Shown piece by piece: positions 1 through 6,599 of a DNA stretch of 64,000 nt (positions within the stretch are counted from its first letter, which is position 1; each line of letters starts with the position of its first letter). A program made the position numbers and the translations under genes. This stretch comes from an uncultured Clostridia bacterium (lineage in GTDB: Bacteria > Bacillota > Clostridia > Christensenellales > CAG-917): NCBI GenBank assembly GCA_944372795.1, contig CALWAF010000005.1, positions 489 to 64,488 of the forward strand. The letters are read 5' to 3'. The notes under the pieces were generated by a model. The model was not told where the DNA came from. It was given only the letters and a program-made list of their open reading frames with translations, and searched no databases.

Positions 1-1978
1 GACTTTCAAGACACCACTCGGGTTCTTCTAGAACAGGACGGCTTGCTCCTGCGAGTGTTGTAGGTGCAAATAGATAAGAGGCAAGATAAGGATTCTTTAC
101 ATAACCGCCAAGGAAAGAGCGAAGTGCTTTTTCCTGACGCTCAATCTTTGCCTTTTCTGCTCGGTTGTCATACGTAAGATAACGTACATCAGTGCTTTCG
201 AGTTCCTTCTTTACATCCTTGATACTATCGTTCGGATTTTCTGGACGGAAGTATATCTCATAACGGCGGACAGTTTCATTTTCGCGCTTCTCTGCAATTT
301 CCGCATCTGCTTTTTTGCTAAGAACTTGCTCCGCGTCCTTCTTTTCCCCCTCAATAGCCGTTCTATACTGAATTTCAAGTTGCTTTTTCTTTTCTGCCTT
401 TACCTTTTCTATATCCTTTTGAAGAGCAATCGCAAAACTCTTTTTCTGACTCTCGATTCTACGGGCGTTTCTCTCTTTGTAATATACGGCGATAGATATC
501 ATCACTATTGCCGATTCGAGTTTTACTTCCATTTCTTGAGAGAGTCTTGTGATTTCATCATCAATCTCTTTTATCTCATCGGCTTGTTTCTTTTCTTTGA
601 GCTTTGATCTGCGCTTTTTGAGTGCTTCGATCTGCTCGCCGTATTCTCTCTCGATAGGGCGAGTAACGGCTTTTGCGTATTCTTCCTGAACTTCTTTGTC
701 TTTATTTTCCTCTACATCTCGTGCAAGTGTGGCTGCAAGATCTCTAATGTAATTTTCAAGTCTTTGAGAATATGTAGCTTCGAGTCTTGTTGCTTCTGTC
801 TTTATGAAGCTTTCAACCTCACCTTTGATGATGCCCGCATACTTTCTGTCGATTTCGGAAAATGCCGCAATTTTCGCTTTGTTGAAAGCAGTTTCAATCC
901 CCGAATAATCCGGCTCTATATCAGAATAAGTGAATGAAAAACGCTCGCCGAGCAGATATTGATAGAAACGGAAACCCTTGGGAAGATTTCCTTCGGCATC
1001 GTACTCCGGCTTTGACGGAGAAAGCCCCATGGATTCCTTCGTATACCGGCGAAGATGCACCTCGTATTTAGGCTTTCCTTTTCCGTTCTTACCTGTGGTT
1101 TCAGAAAGTACGGATTTTCTGTTCTTTTCGATTGCGACACAAATGAATGGAAATTCGTCTGCTCCGGCTACCTCTTTGCCAAGAAGAATTTGTTCTCCCT
1201 TGGAGTGTTCCTCGTGACCTCCGAGAAGAAGCGACGACCAAACATCCTCGTTTTTCTTGTATGATGCCTTGGTCACAATATATCCTTGCACGGCAAAAAC
1301 ATCGGTAATCTCCTCGCATTTTTCAGATTGGACACCGAGATAATATTTTCTGAATCTGATATATTTCTGCCACTTACCAAAAACATGGTACGCATCCTGC
1401 GGATTGGGAATAGGATAAACTTCTGAACAGAGCCTATCAATAAAATCATGTGTAAGAATTGCATCGTGCATCTCACGAACACCATAATCGGGAACGGTTA
1501 TCTGTCTGCCAATTCGATCCGCGAATGTTTTTGTGGCAAAAGCACACGCTCCCATACAATATACGGATTTCTCTCCGAATTTAGCTATTCCTGAATCGAT
1601 AACCTCGATACCTTTTACCGTTACATCAATAACATTACCAAAGGTAACATCCCCGATAAAAATGAGGTCGTATTTTGAGGGGATATAATTTGTCGAGTAC
1701 GCACTCTTTTCAGGGCGGATAACTATGTTATAGATGCACTCTTTTCCACGCCTATCTGTCGTAATTTTACGCTCAAAGCTTGGCATTGACACATAGTAGG
1801 TGTGATAGGTTGAAGGGCAACACGCTGCAATCAGCTCCTGAAGCGTATCAGGAGCATATCGTCCAAGCTTTCTTTTGAGAAGATCATACTGCTCCGTCAA
1901 AGACGTAGTATAAAAGTCATCCCAACTTCTACTACCTTTTTCAAGGTTGTCTAAGAAATTCAAGTATAAATAAGCCAT
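1..1978 (-). CDS. Large island-encoded protein, N-terminal 659 codons only (continues past the left edge). Globular N-terminal part, then a long Glu/Lys-rich coiled-coil. Family unresolved.
   Basis: I translated the reverse strand line by line from ATG 1978..1976 (MAYLYLNFLDNLEKGSRSWDDFYTTSLTEQYDLL...). The frame stays open to position 2 (...RSFLGGYVKNPYLASYLFAPTTLAGASRPVLEEPEWCLES). It is missing from the ORF track only because no stop falls inside the window. No competing ORF over 100 aa lies in 1-1980. Codon usage is AT-rich, unlike the rest of the window. It starts 3 nt after the stop of the upstream HTH gene. Confidence 0.75.
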   Translation of the reverse strand, partial: MAYLYLNFLDNLEKGSRSWDDFYTTSLTEQYDLLKRKLGRYAPDTLQELIAACCPSTYHTYYVSMPSFERKITTDRRGKECIYNIVIRPEKSAYSTNYIPSKYDLIFIGDVTFGNVIDVTVKGIEVIDSGIAKFGEKSVYCMGACAFATKTFADRIGRQITVPDYGVREMHDAILTHDFIDRLCSEVYPIPNPQDAYHVFGKWQKYIRFRKYYLGVQSEKCEEITDVFAVQGYIVTKASYKKNEDVWSSLLLGGHEEHSKGEQILLGKEVAGADEFPFICVAIEKNRKSVLSETTGKNGKGKPKYEVHLRRYTKESMGLSPSKPEYDAEGNLPKGFRFYQYLLGERFSFTYSDIEPDYSGIETAFNKAKIAAFSEIDRKYAGIIKGEVESFIKTEATRLEATYSQRLENYIRDLAATLARDVEENKDKEVQEEYAKAVTRPIEREYGEQIEALKKRRSKLKEKKQADEIKEIDDEITRLSQEMEVKLESAIVMISIAVYYKERNARRIESQKKSFAIALQKDIEKVKAEKKKQLEIQYRTAIEGEKKDAEQVLSKKADAEIAEKRENETVRRYEIYFRPENPNDSIKDVKKELESTDVRYLTYDNRAEKAKIERQEKALRSFLGGYVKNPYLASYLFAPTTLAGASRPVLEEPEWCLES

Positions 1979-1981
1979 CCC

Positions 1982-2500
1982 CTATCTCCCACTCTTTCTA
2001 TACTTTTCAAAAATCTCCAAGTAATCAATAAATTCTTTTATTTCAGCAGCAGAACTACCTTCAACTATTGCAGCAACCTTATCGAGCAAAACAGAACGTG
2101 TAAAGTCATTTATCCCTTGAAATCTATCAAGTTCTAACACCTGATGTTTCAATGAATCGTTTTCCTTTGTTAATCTTTCGACTTGCTCTGTCAATTCTTC
2201 TATGGATGATAGTGATTGAAGTTTGTTATTATAACTTCCTTTTAAGATGCTTGATATTCTACTCAAATAACCTGCAAGTATATCAGGGTCTGCCTCATCC
2301 AAGACCAGTTCCAACTCCTGTTCAGACTCTTTGCCAAACAAATAAAATATTTTTAATTGCTTGTCCTTAGGTATATCTGAAAATTTCTCCAAATTACGGT
2401 AATTATAAATCGTAGCTTTGGAGATCTCCAAATACTTTATTAAGTCGGTAACTTTGATGGAAAATTTTGTTACCAAGCGTTCAAATAATTTTGTATACAT
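1982..2500 (-). CDS. Small helix-turn-helix protein with a C-terminal coiled-coil (putative island regulator)
   Basis: 172-aa ORF. The N-terminus VTDLIKYLEISKATIYNYRNLEKF looks like an HTH. The central heptad-like segment is EELTEQVERLTKENDSLKHQVLEL. ATG at 2500 is preceded by aggatgg. It is AT-rich like the downstream gene and only 3 nt from it, so they form an operon. Confidence 0.75.
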   Translation of the reverse strand: MYTKLFERLVTKFSIKVTDLIKYLEISKATIYNYRNLEKFSDIPKDKQLKIFYLFGKESEQELELVLDEADPDILAGYLSRISSILKGSYNNKLQSLSSIEELTEQVERLTKENDSLKHQVLELDRFQGINDFTRSVLLDKVAAIVEGSSAAEIKEFIDYLEIFEKYRKSGR

Positions 2501-2530
2501 TTTACCATCCTATTGTTATAATTTGACGAT

Positions 2531-2559
2531 ATTATACCATTTATATCTTAATATGTCAA
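2531..2559 (-). promoter_or_regulatory. Consensus sigma-70-type promoter for the island operon
   Basis: The bottom strand reads TTGACA (2559..2554), a 17-nt spacer, then TATAAT (2536..2531), about 30 nt upstream of the HTH start. The surrounding DNA is very AT-rich with several TATAAT-like repeats. Confidence 0.6.
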
Positions 2560-2685
2560 TATAATACAGTCCAAAACAGTATAATTAAACTTTAAATATT
2601 AATTTTAACGTTAACTGGTTTCAGTGTCCATAAAAATATGTCACAGTTAGTTATATTCGATTTTCTGTCGTTGCACCTCCACCAC

Positions 2686-2713
2686 AAAAAGCACTTGTAT
2701 CGCAAGTGCTTTT
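2686..2713. terminator. Bidirectional hairpin at the island/core junction
   Basis: GCACTTG (2691-2697) pairs with CAAGTGC (2703-2709). The stem is flanked by an A-run on one side and a T-run on the other. Confidence 0.5.
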
Positions 2714-2873
2714 CTCTTTTGAGCGTGGGGACTCTCACCCTTGGCTGACGCGAGTTGCTCGGCGGCAGCTTTCCCCTCCGCACATCTTTCGTTGATTCAC
2801 GGCACCACGACGAAAATCCCGCACATCTTCCTTTTCACCTCTCATCCTCGCTATTCCGTCGCTGTGCTCCTTA

Positions 2874-2894
2874 CGACTCCCCTCACCTCCACCA
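2874..2894 (+). pseudogene. Orphan tRNA 3'-end fragment (T-loop remainder + T-stem + acceptor 3' strand + ACCA)
   Basis: CGACT-CCCCT-CACCTCC-A-CCA has the layout of a tRNA 3' end, but no 5' half lies upstream. Its last 12 nt, CACCTCCACCAC, recur at 2674-2685, exactly at the composition break. Confidence 0.55.
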
Positions 2895-2905
2895 CTTTTT
2901 TTGAG

Positions 2906-2948
2906 AAACGCCAAAAATCCCACTATCTGGTAGGATTTCGGCGTTTTT
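2906..2948. terminator. Hairpin with flanking A/T runs
   Basis: AAACGCC..AAATCC (2906-2920) pairs with GGATTT.GGCGTTT (2933-2946). It is followed by a T-run and preceded by TTTTTTT. Confidence 0.5.
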
Positions 2949-3184
2949 CTAATACACGTGTTTTCCTCAAAATTCCGTATATGTCCGTATCTTTCCTGAT
3001 GTTTTGTGACATGCTTTGTGACATGTTTTGCTACATAAACCTATGTTTTTTCTTTTCCCACTTTCTTGTCAATACACAAATTTTTGCGGCGGGGCGGCGG
3101 AATGCGAAGTTGACAAGGCGGGGTGTATATGAGATGATGGGAATGTTTCGAAGCGGCGGGGAGGCGTCGCGGGGAGGTGCGGAG

Positions 3185-4588
3185 ATGAAAAACGGGGTTT
3201 TTCCGTGTTCTGACAGGGTGAAAAGGTTGATCGCGGGGTTGCTTGCGGCGGGGATCGCCGTGGGCGCGGTGTTCGGACTCGCGGCGTGTTCGGCGCCAGA
3301 CGGCGGCAGTGGGGAGCAAACTCCCGACGGTGGCAACGGCGGCGGCACGGGCGGCGGCAGCGAGGATGCGGCGACGTTCGCATACGCATACGGCGATGCG
3401 GAAACGGTGACGCCGTTTTGGTTCAACGTAAGCGGCGACGAGACCGTCGTGTACAACGAGATCGTCGTGCCCATCCTTTACGGCGGCAGGACGCTCGCCT
3501 CCGGATATCTCGCCTACGAACCCACCGAGATCATCAGCGTGCGCGACTACACCCTCGGGCGGGAGTACGGCAAAGACGAATATACGGTGAGCGGCAGACG
3601 CATCACGGTGACGGTGGATGACGACGCCGAGATCGGCGAAGGGATGCCCTACATCCGCGATGAGTGGCTGGACGCGAAAAACATCCCCGACGAGTTCATG
3701 GACAACGTCTCGCCCGATCCCGCGATGTACAACGACGGCGGCGGCACCAACCGCGGCAAACACGTCGTCGCGGAGGGGTCTCTCACCCGCACCAACCTGC
3801 TGCACGTCACCTACGCTTTCGACCACACCGAACAAGACCTCGGCTTCGAGCCGCAGGCATACACCCCGGAGCGTTTCTCCCGCCTCACCGCAAAACTCGA
3901 AGCGGGCGAGCCCGTGCGTATGCTGGTGCTCGGCGACAGCATATGCGTGGGCGCGAGCGCGTCCTCGTTCGCGGGATTCGAGCCCAACCTTCCCACTTTC
4001 TTTGAACTGATCGCGGACGAGCTCGCTGCGCGCTACTACGACGGCGACAGGGAAATGATCGAGCTTGTCAACGTGAGCGTGGGCGGCGAGGCATCCGACT
4101 ACGGCGTGAGCGTCGTGGATGGCGGTGAAACCGACCTTGCGGACTTCGACTTCGTCATCATCGGCTTCGGGATGAACGACGGCACTCTGGGAGTGACGGA
4201 GGACGTCTTCACCTCCAACACCGAAAGGATGATCGACGGCATAAGGGAGCACTCCCCCGACGCCGACTTCGCGGTGCTGGGCTGCTTCACCCCCAACCCG
4301 AGATCGATCTTTTTCGGGATACAGTCGCAGTACATCGAGCCCGTGACCGCGCTGTGCGACGAGAAAAACACGAGCGCATCGGGATGCACCTATGTCGGGA
4401 TGTACGACCTCTCTTCCGCCATACTGCAAAACAAACAGCGCGCATCCTCCATGCAGGACACGCGCTACCGCTATATCGATATATCCGCCAACTACACCAA
4501 CCATCCCAACGACTTTATGGTGCGGCTGTACGCGGGTTCCGTCCTCTCCGCCTTCCTGACCTTCGAGAGCACGGCGCGCCTCGTCTGA
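3185..4588 (+). CDS. SGNH/GDSL-family hydrolase lipoprotein
   Basis: This is the in-frame part of ORF 2741..4588. ATG 3185 is preceded by ggaggtg. The signal peptide has a lipobox (LIAGLLAAGIAVGAVFGLAAC). SGNH blocks are LVLGDSICVG, GFGMNDG and NHPND. The upstream 148 codons of the tracked ORF run through hairpins and repeats and are not credible. Confidence 0.8.
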   Translation: MKNGVFPCSDRVKRLIAGLLAAGIAVGAVFGLAACSAPDGGSGEQTPDGGNGGGTGGGSEDAATFAYAYGDAETVTPFWFNVSGDETVVYNEIVVPILYGGRTLASGYLAYEPTEIISVRDYTLGREYGKDEYTVSGRRITVTVDDDAEIGEGMPYIRDEWLDAKNIPDEFMDNVSPDPAMYNDGGGTNRGKHVVAEGSLTRTNLLHVTYAFDHTEQDLGFEPQAYTPERFSRLTAKLEAGEPVRMLVLGDSICVGASASSFAGFEPNLPTFFELIADELAARYYDGDREMIELVNVSVGGEASDYGVSVVDGGETDLADFDFVIIGFGMNDGTLGVTEDVFTSNTERMIDGIREHSPDADFAVLGCFTPNPRSIFFGIQSQYIEPVTALCDEKNTSASGCTYVGMYDLSSAILQNKQRASSMQDTRYRYIDISANYTNHPNDFMVRLYAGSVLSAFLTFESTARLV

Positions 4589-4646
4589 CATTTCACGCGC
4601 GGCGAAACACAAGACGATCAATCGCAAATATCATCAGTTGAATGAA

Positions 4647-4676
4647 CAAAATGCGCACGGTAAAGTGCGCATTTTG
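4647..4676. terminator. Bidirectional rho-independent terminator between convergent genes
   Basis: ATGCGCAC (4651-4658) pairs with GTGCGCAT (4665-4672), with an A-run before and a T-run after. Confidence 0.65.
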
Positions 4677-4738
4677 CAAATATATGCTGTTTATCGCTTT
4701 CGGGAACGCGATCAAAAAGCGGCATCCCGCCGCGGGTT

Positions 4739-5167
4739 TTATCCCTCCGTCGCAACGGGCTCTCCGGCGAGGGAAGCGGTGAAGTCGGAGCCGGCATAAT
4801 ACCCCGTGCGGTAGACCGTACGCCCCGTCTCCGCAGAGATGTAGTCTTTAAGTTCGAGGGTCTGATCCGCGCCCTTCTCGTTGTCGATGTGCACCGTGAG
4901 GGTGCCGAGCTCATACCCGCTCGATAATACTATCTCGAAGCGGACATAGTCGCCGTTGTTGACGTAGCTTCCCTTGCCGTCCGTCTCGAAGTCGGAATCC
5001 ACGCGGAATAAAGCCACTCCTTCGGGCAGATCGGTCTGCTGCATCTTGAAGTGATGTTTGGCGAGGATGACGTTGTTTTCCGCATCAAAGGTGCATCCGG
5101 CGAGCACGGCGGCTAGCGCCGCGACCACAAGCAACACCGCAAATATCCGTCCGATGTGCCTTTTCAT
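4739..5167 (-). CDS. Small lipoprotein, unknown function
   Basis: These are the last 142 codons of tracked ORF 4739..5839. It begins MKRHIGRIFAVLLVVAALAAVLAGC (signal peptide + lipobox). The rest of the 366-aa ORF overlaps the SDR gene out of frame. Confidence 0.7.
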   Translation of the reverse strand: MKRHIGRIFAVLLVVAALAAVLAGCTFDAENNVILAKHHFKMQQTDLPEGVALFRVDSDFETDGKGSYVNNGDYVRFEIVLSSGYELGTLTVHIDNEKGADQTLELKDYISAETGRTVYRTGYYAGSDFTASLAGEPVATEG

Positions 5168-5187
5168 GGAACTTCCCCTTCCCGCGC

Positions 5188-5997
5188 TTATTTCGCGTCC
5201 TTGCCCGCCGCAGCGGTCTGGGCGGCGAAGTTGTCCAGCTTCTTCTTCTCCATCGCCCAATAGATGCTGCGCACGAAGGGCATCACCGCAAAGAGCGCCA
5301 TGGCAAACGAGAAGAGTTTGCAGGGATTGACGTACTTCTTCTTTCTCTCCAGCCCCTTGACCATAGCCTTGGCGACGTGCGCGGGCTTCTGCACGGGGAA
5401 GGGCTTCTGACGGATGACCTTGCCCTCCTGCCCCTGCACCGCCGCTTTGAAGAAGTTGGTGTCGGTGGCGACGGGATAAAGACAGGTCATCTTGATGTTC
5501 TTCGGCATCTCGAGGCGGAGCGCCTGCTGGAAACCCTGCACGGCGAATTTGGAAGAGCTGTAAAGCGCATAGCCCGGCATGCCCATCTTGCCTATGGCGG
5601 AGACGGTCATCGCGAACTGCCCTTCTTTGCCCGCGAGATACTCGCGGTATTTCTGATAGGAGTATATGGGCGAGAACACGTTGGTCTCGAAGATGTGCGC
5701 GGTGCGTCCCCAATCCACATAGTCGAAAGTTTCGTAGTACGGGAAGCCTGCGTTGGCATAAAAGATGTCGATGCCGCCGAGAGATTTTTCCGCCTCGTCG
5801 AAGATGGCGTCCACGCCCTCTTTCGAGGATACGTCGCACACCATGGGCACGACCTTCTTCGGGTCGAATGTCGCGATCTTGTCGGTGCGAAGATCGACTG
5901 CGAGGATCTTGTTGTCACCTTGGACAAGCAGCTTCAACACCTCGAGCCCTATGCCGCTGTTTGCACCGGTAAGCACTATCTTTTTGCCTGAAATCAT
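5188..5997 (-). CDS. Short-chain dehydrogenase/reductase (SDR) family oxidoreductase
   Basis: TGANSGIGLE (TGxxxGxG) and YSSSK (YxxxK) are present. Length is 269 aa. RBS gggaggt lies upstream of the ATG. Confidence 0.85.
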   Translation of the reverse strand: MISGKKIVLTGANSGIGLEVLKLLVQGDNKILAVDLRTDKIATFDPKKVVPMVCDVSSKEGVDAIFDEAEKSLGGIDIFYANAGFPYYETFDYVDWGRTAHIFETNVFSPIYSYQKYREYLAGKEGQFAMTVSAIGKMGMPGYALYSSSKFAVQGFQQALRLEMPKNIKMTCLYPVATDTNFFKAAVQGQEGKVIRQKPFPVQKPAHVAKAMVKGLERKKKYVNPCKLFSFAMALFAVMPFVRSIYWAMEKKKLDNFAAQTAAAGKDAK

Positions 5998-6037
5998 AAT
6001 TTACCTCCCAAATTTATCACATAAAGTATCAATTTTG

Positions 6038-6595
6038 TTATTCACATAATATCCGCAGCAACGTGCGCGCGGCTTCGCGCAGCTCGTCTATGCCCGCCGA
6101 ATTGTCTATGGTGCGCGTGGCTATGCGCCGCAACATGAAGACGGGGAGCTGGGCGCGCATCACCGCTTTCGCACGCGGGAGGGAAAGCCCCCTCGCCTGC
6201 AGACGTTTGAGACGCACCCTTCTCGGCGCCGTGACCAGCACGATCTCGTCAAAGGCGTCTCTCATCCCGCTCTCGTAAACGAGGGGGAGCTCCACCACGA
6301 GGGGATCGGCGACGTTTTCTTCTATCCTCTTCTTTATCTCGGGGTGCGCGATGGCGTTGAGGGCGAGCCTGCTCTCTTTGTCGGAAAAGACAAGTGCGGA
6401 CAGGCGGGGTTTGTCCACCACGCCGCACACCACGCATTCGGGAAACCTCTCGGACAGCTTCGCCACATATTGCGGGTCGCGCAACAGCTCCGCGTTGATC
6501 TCGTCGGCGGACAGACAGGCTATCCCCATCTCCCGCGCGACTTTCAGCACCTCCGACTTCCCCGTGCCGATGCCGCCTATCACAGCCACTTTCAT
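6038..6595 (-). CDS. coaE: Dephospho-CoA kinase
   Basis: P-loop GGIGTGKS at the N-terminus, 185 aa, and the classic position immediately downstream of polA. Confidence 0.85.
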   Translation of the reverse strand: MKVAVIGGIGTGKSEVLKVAREMGIACLSADEINAELLRDPQYVAKLSERFPECVVCGVVDKPRLSALVFSDKESRLALNAIAHPEIKKRIEENVADPLVVELPLVYESGMRDAFDEIVLVTAPRRVRLKRLQARGLSLPRAKAVMRAQLPVFMLRRIATRTIDNSAGIDELREAARTLLRILCE

Positions 6596-6599
6596 AGAC

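Noticed and set aside
2714-2873. Possible cobalamin riboswitch, tmRNA, SRP RNA or 6S RNA in the structured junction spacer
   Set aside because: A few short strings resemble B12-box, GGTGAAA-type elements or a ...CTCCACCA tmRNA end. However, the conserved cores (B12 box AGCCAGGAGACCTGCC, the tmRNA T arm GGTTCGA, SRP domain IV, RNase P GAGGAAAGTCC) are absent on both strands.
2741-3184. The N-terminal 148 codons of tracked ORF 2741..4588, and the 62-aa bottom-strand ORF 2735..2923
   Set aside because: Both read through terminator-like hairpins and the tRNA-end fragment. They have odd composition and no RBS. The real gene starts at ATG 3185 with a lipoprotein signal peptide.
4739-5839. A 366-aa bottom-strand ORF
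   Set aside because: Only its last 142 codons (from MKRHIG..., signal peptide + lipobox) are credible. The upstream part overlaps the SDR gene in another frame and is Arg/Gly-rich.
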